A stretch of 64,000 nucleotides of DNA from Verrucomicrobiaceae bacterium (GTDB lineage: Bacteria; Verrucomicrobiota; Verrucomicrobiia; Chthoniobacterales; Chthoniobacteraceae): NCBI GenBank assembly GCA_043757005.1, contig JAYVQK010000121.1, positions 2,069-66,068 of the forward strand. The letters run 5' to 3'. Shown here piece by piece: positions 17,347-26,837 of this stretch. The notes below the pieces were generated by a model, which made no database searches, had not been told where the DNA came from, and saw nothing but the letters and a program-made list of their open reading frames with translations. Numbering within the stretch: the first letter of the stretch is position 1; each line of letters opens with the position of its first letter. The translations under genes were made by a program, and so were the position numbers.

Positions 17347-17952
17347 ATGAACACCCACGACTTCTTTGAGAGTGCTTCAAGCATATCGACTGTGATCATG
17401 GCAATCGCAGCACTAGTTGCGCTGAAACAGGTGTTCATGCTGAAAGAACAACTTAAGATCGCATCTGATTCGCTTCGGATCGCTTCGGAGTCGCTACTAA
17501 CCGCAAAAGCAGATATTTTAATTCGCTCGCGTCGCGAAGCCGTTGCTCTCGCAGCGGATCGCTGCGAGAAATTCTCAAAAACCATAGAAGATCTTAAACC
17601 AGCTATAATTGCCGTGCTCGGGCCAGCAGAGGTCTATCCAAATTGGAACCTTACTAACGTTCGTGTTCAAAGACAGTCCATTCGAGACCCTGAAGCTGCA
17701 TTAGAGTGGGCCGATGAAATTTGCAGTTCGCCTAAAAACCAGCATACACTTTGTATTCTTAATACGCTGGAAGCCTTTGCAATTTACTTTGAGAGCGGAG
17801 CCGCCGATGAGCAGACGGCGTTTCCGGTCACCTCCGCTGTATTTTGCGGATACATTGATTGGCTCTTTCCAATTTTGGTTAAATTGCGGAAAGGAGCAGA
17901 TAACATCAACACAGGCCAATTTCCAAATATCGTTGCCTTATATGAACGTTGA
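17347..17952 (+). CDS. single-pass membrane protein, tentatively DUF4760-like; sits in an AT-richer islet
   Basis: N-terminal TM ISTVIMAIAALVALKQVF. The C-terminal segment ILNTLEAFAIYFESGAADEQTAF resembles, from memory, the N.LE..a.g...g..de motif of DUF4760. The composition is visibly AT-richer than the flanks. Confidence 0.45.
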   Translation: MNTHDFFESASSISTVIMAIAALVALKQVFMLKEQLKIASDSLRIASESLLTAKADILIRSRREAVALAADRCEKFSKTIEDLKPAIIAVLGPAEVYPNWNLTNVRVQRQSIRDPEAALEWADEICSSPKNQHTLCILNTLEAFAIYFESGAADEQTAFPVTSAVFCGYIDWLFPILVKLRKGADNINTGQFPNIVALYER

Positions 17953-18256
17953 AAAGCACGTCTTAAAGAAATTGCTCACAAAGCACAGACAGGCGGAGTT
18001 GACCAGCGAGCAGTATCGCCAATCGGCGTGGAGTAAAAAACTCTGTCGCCCTGAACGGGGAAAGTATGGCTGGGCAGACAAATCATGCGCTCCTTTCGTC
18101 CCTCCGGGACTCGCCGCTAGAAAGGCGGTGATTTCCCAGCACTGAAGTGCTGGGCTATTTTCAGGGCGGCAGGGGGGCGGGGCGTCTTTGACGGTGGGGG
18201 CTGAGGGGGCGTCTTCCTGCTCGACGCGCGGGCTGGGGGGGCTTTTGCTGGGGGAT

Positions 18257-19663
18257 ATGCCCTTGGGATTTTCAGCACTTCGTCAGCTCTCTCCATCGCA
18301 GCGCCGTAGCGGGTTTGCGGCTTGGCTGGGGTGGCTTTTTGATGGGTTGGATATGCACCTTTATACGCTGGTGGCGTCTTCGTTTGTGGCGATCTTGGTT
18401 TTTGGTGGAGAGATGCGGGGGGAGTTTGAAAAGCGCGATGGGGATGGGAATGGGAGTCTCTCGGCGGTGGAATGGGCGGGCGGGGATGCGCCTTTTGCGG
18501 AGGTGGATCGGAATGGGGATGGCGGGGTGTCTCGCGAGGAGTATGAAGTTTTCGCGGCACGCGGGAGGACGAGTGCGAGTGCGGTGAAGGAGAAGAGTTC
18601 GTGGATTCAGGCGGCGTTCCTCGTGGGGTGGGCGCTGGGGGGGGCGTTCTTTGGGCGGCTGGGGGATTTGATCGGGCGGAGTCGGTCGCTTTCGCTCACG
18701 GTGCTGACGTATGCGGCGTTCACGGGGCTGTCGTGTTTTGCGCAGCGGTGGGAGCATTTGATGTTGTTTCGCTTTCTCGCGGCGCTGGGGATCGGCGGGG
18801 AGTGGGCGGTGGGCTCGACGCTGCTGGCGGAGACTTGGCCGAGGGCGTGGAGGCCGTGGACGGCGGCGGTTTTGCAGACGGGGGTGAATCTGGGAATCCT
18901 CGTGGCGTGCCTCGCGGGGGTGGCGCTGAGTGGGCATCACCCGAGGTGGATTTTCTTGATCGGGGTGGTGCCGGCGATTTTGGTTTTTTATATCCGCCGC
19001 CACGTGCCGGAGCCGGAGGCGTGGGCCTCCGCGAAGGCGGGGGAGCGGAAGCCGGGGATCGCAGATTTATTTCGCGGGGAGACGCGGCGGGTGACGCTCG
19101 TGAGCGTGGGCGTGTGTATGTTTTCGCTCACGGGTTGGTGGGCGTTTATGTTCTGGCAGGCGCAGCACGTCCGCAGTTTGCCGGATGTGGTGGCGCTGAC
19201 GGCGAGCGCGCGGGATAGCATGGTGGCGCGGAGTTTCGCGCTGATTATAGGGGTGAGTATCGTGGGGAATTTTGCGGCGGGTTGGCTGGCGATGCGGCTG
19301 GGCTACAAGCGGGCGCTGTTGGTGATGTTTGGCGGGATCACGGTGACGATGATGGTGGCGTTTGGGCTGGAACATTCCACGGCGGCGCTCACGCAGTTTT
19401 GGCTGCCAGCGGTGGGGTTTTGGAGCGGGGCGTTTGGGCTTTTCACGATGCTGTTGCCGCCGCTTTTCCCCACGCTACTGCGGACGACGGGGGCGGGCTT
19501 TTGCTATAACATCGGGCGGATCGCGGCGGCGGCGGGGACGATCTTTGCGGCGAAAATCACGCACGGCGGGGATTTCCGCACGACGCTGTTTTACGTGGGC
19601 TTTCTATTCATCCCGGCGATGGCTTTCACCGCGCTGCTGCCGCTAGAGAAGGAGCCGACGTAG
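18257..19663 (+). CDS. MFS transporter with a paired EF-hand insert in the TM1-TM2 loop
   Basis: MFS motifs include GRLGDLIGRSRSL (the loop 2-3 G-R-x-x-D-x-x-G-R type) and about 12 hydrophobic segments. Two canonical 12-residue EF loops are DGDGNGSLSAVE and DRNGDGGVSREE. ATG 18257 is preferred. Confidence 0.8.
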   Translation: MPLGFSALRQLSPSQRRSGFAAWLGWLFDGLDMHLYTLVASSFVAILVFGGEMRGEFEKRDGDGNGSLSAVEWAGGDAPFAEVDRNGDGGVSREEYEVFAARGRTSASAVKEKSSWIQAAFLVGWALGGAFFGRLGDLIGRSRSLSLTVLTYAAFTGLSCFAQRWEHLMLFRFLAALGIGGEWAVGSTLLAETWPRAWRPWTAAVLQTGVNLGILVACLAGVALSGHHPRWIFLIGVVPAILVFYIRRHVPEPEAWASAKAGERKPGIADLFRGETRRVTLVSVGVCMFSLTGWWAFMFWQAQHVRSLPDVVALTASARDSMVARSFALIIGVSIVGNFAAGWLAMRLGYKRALLVMFGGITVTMMVAFGLEHSTAALTQFWLPAVGFWSGAFGLFTMLLPPLFPTLLRTTGAGFCYNIGRIAAAAGTIFAAKITHGGDFRTTLFYVGFLFIPAMAFTALLPLEKEPT

Positions 19664-19665
19664 CC

Positions 19666-20817
19666 GTGAAGCGCCTGCTTTTCATCAGTAATCTCTTCCC
19701 CGATGCCAGTGAGCCGTATCGCGGGCTGGATAATGCCACGCTGCTGCACGCGCTCGCCGACCGCTGGGAGATCCGCACGCTCGCGCTGCGCCCCACACTG
19801 CCGTGGGCCAAGGCGGAGTGGATGCCGCGCGCGGCGGATGTGGCGCTGCGCCCGAGCTTCGTGGCGACGCGCTACGTGCCGAAGTTTGGCCACCGCTGGA
19901 ACCACCTGCTTTACGCCCGCGCGCTGCGCCCGGCGCTGGATCGCGTGCGGCGGGATTGGGCGTTCGACACGGTGCTGTGTTCGTGGCTTTTCCCGGATGC
20001 GTGCGCGGTGGCGCGGCTGAGTGAGGAGTTTGCGTTCCGCTTCGTGGCCATCGCGCAGGGCTCGGACGTGCATCAATATCTCCGCGTGCCCGCGCGCCGG
20101 GCGGTGATGCAGAAGCACCTCGCCAGCGCAGCAGGCATCATCACCCGCAGCGCCGACCTCGCGCGCCAGCTCGCGGGAGTGGGGCTGAGAAAAGATCGCC
20201 TCCACCCGATCTACAATGGTGTGGATATGGAGACCTTCCGCCCCGCCACACCTGCCGAGCGCACGGAGGCTCGTGCCGCTCTGGGCGTGCCGGACGCTGC
20301 GCCGATGATCCTTTTCGTAGGCAATCTCCTGCCCATCAAAAACCCCCACGCCCTCCTCGAAGCCCACGCCGAACTGTGCGCAAGGCCCGAGCTGCGCGAG
20401 TGCCGCGTGGTGCTCATCGGCGGAGGCCCGCTGGAAGCCGAGTTGCGCGCCCACGCCGCCCGCCTCGGCTACGGCGAGCAGGTGATCTTTGCCGGTCGCC
20501 ACGACGCCGCCGGAGTCGCCCGAGCGATGCGTGCCGCCGATGTGCTGGCACTGCCGAGCGACAATGAGGGCGTGCCCAATGTGATCCTCGAATCTTTTGC
20601 CAGCGGCCTCCCCGTAGTCGCCAGCCGAGTCGGCGGCATCGCCGAAGTGCATCGCGACTTCTGCGGGAAGCTCCCGCCCGCCCGCGATGTCTCCGCCCTC
20701 GCCGCCGCGCTCCGCGCCACGCTCACCGAGCCGCAAGACCGCGCCCGCATCGCCGAGCATGGTCGCGCTTTCACATGGGCCGCGACGGCGGAGGCGTGCC
20801 ACCGCGTGCTCTCGTAA
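19666..20817 (+). CDS. GT4-family glycosyltransferase
   Basis: The C-terminal EGVPNVILESFASGLPVVASRVGGIAEV is the GT4 E-x7-E region. The GTG start lies 3 nt after the MFS stop. Confidence 0.75.
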   Translation: MKRLLFISNLFPDASEPYRGLDNATLLHALADRWEIRTLALRPTLPWAKAEWMPRAADVALRPSFVATRYVPKFGHRWNHLLYARALRPALDRVRRDWAFDTVLCSWLFPDACAVARLSEEFAFRFVAIAQGSDVHQYLRVPARRAVMQKHLASAAGIITRSADLARQLAGVGLRKDRLHPIYNGVDMETFRPATPAERTEARAALGVPDAAPMILFVGNLLPIKNPHALLEAHAELCARPELRECRVVLIGGGPLEAELRAHAARLGYGEQVIFAGRHDAAGVARAMRAADVLALPSDNEGVPNVILESFASGLPVVASRVGGIAEVHRDFCGKLPPARDVSALAAALRATLTEPQDRARIAEHGRAFTWAATAEACHRVLS

Positions 20818-20842
20818 AAAAGCCGCGCACACTCACTCTTTA

Positions 20843-23800
20843 ATGATATTCTCCACCATGACTCCGCTCTTCCGAACCGCCCTGTGCGCGCTGCTCCTGT
20901 CTGCCTTCGCGGCGCGGGCGGCGGGCACGTTCACTGTCGCCACACTCGCGGGCGATGCGGACTCGGGCATCGCGACAGATGCGGCCTACACGCACGCGAT
21001 CAATTTCAAAACCGCAGCCAATGTGACAGTGAATGGCGCGGTCTTCACCGGCACTGGCACGGGGACGAATCCCACGACGAATGACTACACGACGAGCGGC
21101 TACGCCGCGCTCGGCCCCGCGTGGACGCCCACTGTCACAGGCTCAGTCGGTGGGATGCTCGCCACCTTCCTCTACAACGGCAACCCCGCCGTGCTGACGC
21201 TGAAAAACCTACGCGTCGGCCAGCAATACGAGACGGTCTTTTACAACGCAGCCTACGGCGGCCCTGGCATCCGCTTCCAGACGATCACCACGAGCGACGG
21301 CGGCAGCGTCCACTTTGATCAAAACGGGCTGCCCGGTAGCCTGCTGAAGTATGCCTTCACGGCGACGAGTAGCACACTCGTCTTCACCATCACGCCCGAC
21401 ATCGCGGGCAATACCTTCCACCACTACGCCCTCAGCAATCGCGCCGTCGGCCCGCAGGCGCTGCTCACGGATAATTTCTACGCGCCCTCGAACCCCACCA
21501 CGACCGACCTCAGCTACAATCTCGCCGCGCGGCAGGGCGGCTCGCTCGGCTCCGTCGCGTGGGTGAGCGTGGGGAACACGCAAGTCGGTAACACCACGGG
21601 CAGCGTGGATGCGGGGAATTACCTGTTCACCTCCGCCAGCGGAAATGCCGCGCTGAATCACAACTTCAACGGCACCGATAGCACGGGCGGGTTGCTCATT
21701 TCTTTCGACCTCGCGCCAGACATCACGGCGGCAGGCGCGGGGAATTCGTGCGCCATCAATCTCGGCCAAGCCGCCGCCGATAAGAACGGCAGTGTGAGCG
21801 GCGCACAGACGCACTTTGGCGTGCGCTTTCGCGGCAGCACCGGGACGCTCCAGGCCTACGACGGCAGCACCATCCTCACGCCGACGGAGCCGAGCTGGGG
21901 GACGAGCGGCGTGACTTCGCAGCTCCACCATTTCGAGATTCGCCTCACCGATTCTACGGACTACAATCCCTTCAACGGCGCGGGCGAAACGCGCATCGAG
22001 ATTTTCGCCGACGGCGTCTCGCGCTACACCTACACCAAGGCTGGAGGCTACTCGCAGAACTACCTCAACTTCACGAGCAGTAGCACTGGCGGCATAGATA
22101 ATCTCGTCATCGCACGCCTCAACGAAACGCCGACCGCGCCCACTTTCACCACCGTGCCGCAGGGCCAATCGCTCTGGCGCGGCGACGCCCTCGCCCTCAC
22201 GCTCAACTCCACCGCCACGGGCTTCCCCGCCGTCGCGTATCAATGGTATCGCGACAACGTCCTCATCTCCGGCGCGACCAGCAGCAGCTACACCATCGCC
22301 GACGCCTCGAACGGCGGCGGCACCTACACCGTCACCGCTACGAACACGCAAGGCAGCGTCTCCAGCAGCGCCGTCGTGGATGTCATCGTCCCCACTCGCG
22401 CCCAGCGCACTTGGGAAAGTGCGGGGCCGTCTTCGCGGCGCACGGGGCTCGTGATTTCCGAGATCCACTACCACCCGCCCACGCGGCCCGACTTGCGCGA
22501 CTTGGAATTCATCGAGCTCTACAACTCGAATCCGTGGGCTGAAGACATCGGCGGCTACCGCATCACCGGCGATGCCGATTACACCTTCCCCGCCGCCACG
22601 ATGATCGCCGGCAAGGGCTACCTCGTCGTGGCTAGAGTCCCCGTGGACGTGCAGACCATCTACGGCATCAGCGGCGTGCTCGGCGGCTTCATCGGCATCC
22701 TGCCAAACTCCGGCGGCACCGTGCGCCTCCGCAAACCCAGCGGCGCAGTCGTCCTCGAAGTCACCTATAACGACCACGCTCCGTGGCCCGTCGCGGCGGA
22801 CGGCACGGGCCATTCACTCGTGCTCGCGCGGCCCAGCTACGGCGAGGCTTCGCCAAAAGCGTGGGATGCCAGCGCCAGTATAGACGGCTCGCCCGGCACC
22901 GCCGACATCGCGCCCAGCAGCGCGCAAGATCACGTCGTCATCAACGAAATTCTCGCCCGCTCCGTGCTGCCGCAAGTGGACTTCATCGAGCTGCGCAATG
23001 ACGCCCCCACCGCCGTGAATATCTCCGGCTGTATGTTGAGCGACGACCCCGCTGTGCTTGGGAAATTCATCATCCCCGCCAATACCATCCTGGCCGGAAG
23101 CGGCGTGATTTCTTTTAACGAAACGCAGCTCGGCTTCTCCCTCGGCTCTGCGGGCGAGACGATCTACCTCTCAAACGCCATCGCCTCGCGCGTCCTCGAT
23201 TGCGTGCGCTTTAGCGGCACCGCCGCGAATGTGAGCATCGGTCGCGCGAACAACCGCGACAGCGCATTTCGCCCCCTCGCCTCCTCCACGCCCGGCGCGT
23301 CGAACAGCGCCGCGCGCACGCCGGATGTGCTCATCAGCGAAATCTTTTTCGCCCCAATTAGCGGCGACAACCTCGATCAATGGCTCGAACTTTATAACCC
23401 CGGCGCTGTCGCCGTGAATATCGGCGGCTGGAAATTTACCGACGGCGTGAGCTTCACCCTCCCCGCTGGAACCAGCATCGCAGCAGGCGCGCGGCTCGTC
23501 ATCGCGAAGAACGCGGTGCGGACGCGCGCGAATAATCCCTCGCTCAATCCCGCACTCGTCGTCGGCGACTACATCGGCACGCTTGGCGGTGGCGACCGCA
23601 TCACCCTCGTCCGCCCGGAGCTGGATGGCGCGGTGAATGTAGATGTCGAGGTGGACACCATCACCTACAGCAAAGCAGGCCGTCGGAGCCGCTGGGCAGA
23701 TGGCGGCGGCTCCAGTCTGGAAGTCACCGACCTGCGCGCCGACCGCACCCTCGCCACTGCGTGGGCCGATAGCGATGAGAGCGCGAAAGCCGGGTGGACG

Positions 23801-26716
23801 ACCCTCAGCACCACGGGCGCGCTCGACCTTGGGCACACCTCCGTCAGCGGCGCAGATCGCGTGCAGCTCTTCCTAATGGGCGAGGGCGAGGCACTGGTGG
23901 ACGATGTGACAATGACGCCGACAGCAGGTAGCAACGTCGTGAGCAACGGCGGCTTTGAGAGCGGCATCACCGGCTGGACTACGCAGGGGAATCAATCGCG
24001 CTCCAGCGTCGTCACCGGCGGCTTTAGCGGCAGCAGCGCGCTGCAACTGCGCGGCACTTCCTCCGGCGATCCGGATGGGAACCGCGTCTTCTCCGCGCTC
24101 ACCACCACGCTCGCCGCGAATACCAGCGGCACACTCGCCGCGAAGGCCCGCTGGCTGCGCGGCACCCGCGAGCTGCTCCTACGCTTGCGCGGCGGCTATC
24201 TGGAAAATTTCGCCACGCTGAATGTCCCCACCAATCTCGGCACTCCCGGCGCTGCGAATAGCCGTGCCGTCGCGAACGCTGGCCCCTCCATCACCGACGT
24301 CTCGCACCGCCCGCTGCTCCCGCTCGGCGGCGACCCCATCCGTGTCTTCGCCCGCGTCTCCGATCCCGATGGCGTCGCCTCCGCCACGCTCCGCTGGCGT
24401 GTGGAGACGAATGGCACTTTCACGAACGTCGCCATGCACGACGACGGCCTCAACGACGACATTTTCTCCGGCGACGGCGTCTTCACCGGCACCATCCCGG
24501 CGCAAGCGGCGGGCACGCTCATCGTCTTCCATTTAGAAAGTAGTGATGCCGCTGGAGTGCCCGCCAGCACAGCTTTCCCTCCGGATTCCCCCACACACGA
24601 ATGTCTCGTGCGCGTCGGCGACACCGTGCAAGGCGGCGACTTCAGCGCCTACCGCCTGTGGATGACCGCAGCGAATGTCTCCACTTGGTCGAGCCGCGAA
24701 AAATTCGGTAACGAGCCGCTCGACTGCACCTACATCTATGGCGGCGCACGCGCCGTCTATGGCTGTGGCGCTTGGTATGCAGGCAGCGAGGCCAGCACGC
24801 CCGGCTACAATTCCCCAGTCGGCAATCTCTGCGGTTACAACCTCGCACTTCCCGCCGACGACCTTGTCATTGCCGAAGACCACTTCACGCTCGATTGGCC
24901 TGTGCGCGACACCACCGAGCAACGCGAGCAGCTCATGTTCTGGATGGCCGAGCAGCTCAAACTCCCAAACCTCTACCGCCGCTACATCCACCTCTTCGTG
25001 AATGGCACCCGCCGCAGCATCCTCTACGACGATGTGCAGCAGCCGGACCAGACCCTCGTCAACGAATTTTCCTCCGGCGATACGAATGGCCATCTCTACA
25101 AAACCAACAACTGGAACGAAGGCGCAGACAATGCCAATAGCACCACCAGCGGAGTCAGCAATATCCTCACTCATTACGATACCGCTGGACAGCACAAGCT
25201 CGCCCGCTACCGCTGGAACTGGCGGCCACGCGCCGCCAGCAACTCGAATGAGTTCACCGACATCTTCACACTCATAGACGCCGTGAACGCCGCATCCAAC
25301 TACCAGGCCGGCGTCGAAGCCGTCGTGGATACGGAGAACTGGATGCGCACTTTCGCCTTCCACGACCTCTGCTCGTATTGGGATTCCTTCGGCAATCCCA
25401 ACACCAAAAATACCTACCTCTACAAACCTGCCGCCGCGCGCTGGATTCAGTTCACGTGGGATATGGATGTGGGCCTCGGCGTCTTCAACGACCCCGTCAC
25501 CACCGCGCTTTTCCCCGCCACCGCCGACCCGAAAGTGGACGCCCTGCAAGCGTGGCCCGCCTTCCGTCGCATCTACTGGCGCACCGTCCACGAGGCTTTT
25601 GCGACCTTTTTTAGCAGCACCGGAGTCGCCCCGCTCCTCCAGCGGAAATACGACGCGCTCTCCGCGAATGGCATCAGCGTGGTCAGCCCATTCGTCGCGA
25701 GCGGCGCGGAAAGTCTCAGCATCCCCGCGTGGATTGATGCCCGCCGCAGCAACATCCAGAGCCAACTCAACGCCGTCGCCGCCACCTTTGCCGTGACGAG
25801 CCCGGCGAGCGTCGCCGTCACGAGCCCCAGCGTCACCATCACCGGTAACGCGCCGGTGAATGTGAAGACCCTCACCATCAACGACGACGAATATGCCGTC
25901 ACCTGGAGCACCGTTACCGCGTGGAGCATCACGCTCGTCCCCGCCAGCGGCTCGCACCCTTACGTGGTGAAGGCGCTCGACTATAATAGCGCGCAAATCG
26001 GCACCAGCACAGTGACGGTCAACTTCACCGGAGTGAATGCGTGGGCCGCACTGCGCATCAACGAATGGATGGCCAGCAATGGCGGCAGCGTGCTCGATCC
26101 CGCCGATGGCCAGAGCGACGATTGGCTCGAAATTTACAACCCCACCGCCGCCGCCGTGAGCCTTACCGGCTGGCGCATCAGCGATAGTTCGCCGACGCAG
26201 ACCGAGTTTGTTTTCCCCGCTGGCTACAGCATCGCCGCGAGCGGTCGCCTGCTGGCGTGGGCGGATAATGAGACCATCCAAAGTGCCGCGCCCACCTCCC
26301 TGCACTTGCCATTTAAACTCTCCAACAGCGGCGAGACGCTCACCCTCACCGCGCCGGATGGCACCGTGGTGGACACCGTCACCTTTGGCGCACAAGTCAG
26401 CAATATCAGCCAAGGCCGCGTGCCGGATGGTAGTGCAAATATCGTCTTCCTCGCCACACCGAGCGCGGGCACTGCGAATACCACTGCGATTGCCGCACCC
26501 GCCGCCACAGCCGCACGCACGCTTGCTGGCGGCGTGGACATCACGGTGAACACCACCGCTGGATTTACCTACCAGCTCCAGATGAAAAACGACCTCGCCG
26601 ACGCGAGCTGGGTGAACCTCGGCACCGCCACCACCGCCACCGCAGCGAGCCTCACCCTCAGCGATCCTGCCACCGGCCTCGCCAAACGTTTCTACCGAGT
26701 CCTCCGCACGCCGTAG
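20843..26716 (+). CDS. giant secreted lamin-tail-domain (LTD) / CotH kinase-family protein (about 1957 aa)
   Basis: Signal peptide MTPLFRTALCALLLSAFAARAAG. An Ig-like module (YQWYRDNVLISGATSSSYTIADASNGGGTYTVTATN). Four LTD modules: VISEIHYHP..LEFIELYN..ISGYRITGD, VINEILA..FIELRN, LISEIFF..WLELYNPG..GGWKFTDG and RINEWMA..WLEIYNP..LTGWRISD. A CotH-type core (NLYRRYIHLFVNGTRRSILYDDVQQPD...GHLYK). Confidence 0.8.
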   Translation: MIFSTMTPLFRTALCALLLSAFAARAAGTFTVATLAGDADSGIATDAAYTHAINFKTAANVTVNGAVFTGTGTGTNPTTNDYTTSGYAALGPAWTPTVTGSVGGMLATFLYNGNPAVLTLKNLRVGQQYETVFYNAAYGGPGIRFQTITTSDGGSVHFDQNGLPGSLLKYAFTATSSTLVFTITPDIAGNTFHHYALSNRAVGPQALLTDNFYAPSNPTTTDLSYNLAARQGGSLGSVAWVSVGNTQVGNTTGSVDAGNYLFTSASGNAALNHNFNGTDSTGGLLISFDLAPDITAAGAGNSCAINLGQAAADKNGSVSGAQTHFGVRFRGSTGTLQAYDGSTILTPTEPSWGTSGVTSQLHHFEIRLTDSTDYNPFNGAGETRIEIFADGVSRYTYTKAGGYSQNYLNFTSSSTGGIDNLVIARLNETPTAPTFTTVPQGQSLWRGDALALTLNSTATGFPAVAYQWYRDNVLISGATSSSYTIADASNGGGTYTVTATNTQGSVSSSAVVDVIVPTRAQRTWESAGPSSRRTGLVISEIHYHPPTRPDLRDLEFIELYNSNPWAEDIGGYRITGDADYTFPAATMIAGKGYLVVARVPVDVQTIYGISGVLGGFIGILPNSGGTVRLRKPSGAVVLEVTYNDHAPWPVAADGTGHSLVLARPSYGEASPKAWDASASIDGSPGTADIAPSSAQDHVVINEILARSVLPQVDFIELRNDAPTAVNISGCMLSDDPAVLGKFIIPANTILAGSGVISFNETQLGFSLGSAGETIYLSNAIASRVLDCVRFSGTAANVSIGRANNRDSAFRPLASSTPGASNSAARTPDVLISEIFFAPISGDNLDQWLELYNPGAVAVNIGGWKFTDGVSFTLPAGTSIAAGARLVIAKNAVRTRANNPSLNPALVVGDYIGTLGGGDRITLVRPELDGAVNVDVEVDTITYSKAGRRSRWADGGGSSLEVTDLRADRTLATAWADSDESAKAGWTTLSTTGALDLGHTSVSGADRVQLFLMGEGEALVDDVTMTPTAGSNVVSNGGFESGITGWTTQGNQSRSSVVTGGFSGSSALQLRGTSSGDPDGNRVFSALTTTLAANTSGTLAAKARWLRGTRELLLRLRGGYLENFATLNVPTNLGTPGAANSRAVANAGPSITDVSHRPLLPLGGDPIRVFARVSDPDGVASATLRWRVETNGTFTNVAMHDDGLNDDIFSGDGVFTGTIPAQAAGTLIVFHLESSDAAGVPASTAFPPDSPTHECLVRVGDTVQGGDFSAYRLWMTAANVSTWSSREKFGNEPLDCTYIYGGARAVYGCGAWYAGSEASTPGYNSPVGNLCGYNLALPADDLVIAEDHFTLDWPVRDTTEQREQLMFWMAEQLKLPNLYRRYIHLFVNGTRRSILYDDVQQPDQTLVNEFSSGDTNGHLYKTNNWNEGADNANSTTSGVSNILTHYDTAGQHKLARYRWNWRPRAASNSNEFTDIFTLIDAVNAASNYQAGVEAVVDTENWMRTFAFHDLCSYWDSFGNPNTKNTYLYKPAAARWIQFTWDMDVGLGVFNDPVTTALFPATADPKVDALQAWPAFRRIYWRTVHEAFATFFSSTGVAPLLQRKYDALSANGISVVSPFVASGAESLSIPAWIDARRSNIQSQLNAVAATFAVTSPASVAVTSPSVTITGNAPVNVKTLTINDDEYAVTWSTVTAWSITLVPASGSHPYVVKALDYNSAQIGTSTVTVNFTGVNAWAALRINEWMASNGGSVLDPADGQSDDWLEIYNPTAAAVSLTGWRISDSSPTQTEFVFPAGYSIAASGRLLAWADNETIQSAAPTSLHLPFKLSNSGETLTLTAPDGTVVDTVTFGAQVSNISQGRVPDGSANIVFLATPSAGTANTTAIAAPAATAARTLAGGVDITVNTTAGFTYQLQMKNDLADASWVNLGTATTATAASLTLSDPATGLAKRFYRVLRTP

Positions 26717-26837
26717 AAGCGACGCCTCCGTCGCTTTGCGCGCCCTCGTCCGCAAGCGTCGCAGCACACGCCCCGCGTGCCAGCAAAGCGACGAGGCGTC
26801 GCTTCTACATCTGAGAGCGACGAGGCGTCGCTTCTAC
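26713..26837. repeat. three GTAGAAGCGACG-family hairpins between convergent genes; the outer arms contain both stop codons
   Basis: Hairpins at 26713..26736, 26786..26808 and 26815..26837. TAG 26714..26716 ends the LTD/CotH gene. CTA 26834..26836 is the TAG of the minus-strand methyltransferase gene. Confidence 0.9.

Noticed and set aside
17942-18145. 67-aa ORF (MNVEKHVLKKLL...) overlapping the end of the DUF4760-like gene
   Set aside because: Its C-terminal third is encoded by the three-hairpin REP unit (18098..18154). I find no family signal. It could be real, but the evidence is insufficient.
24533-26767. 744-aa minus-strand ORF, with similar long antisense ORFs at 21209..22813, 19591..20832, 40013..41668, 34623..35900, 61677..62312 and others
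   Set aside because: All overlap well-supported genes on the other strand. All have Gly/Arg/Ala-biased junk composition and lack start-context or domain evidence.
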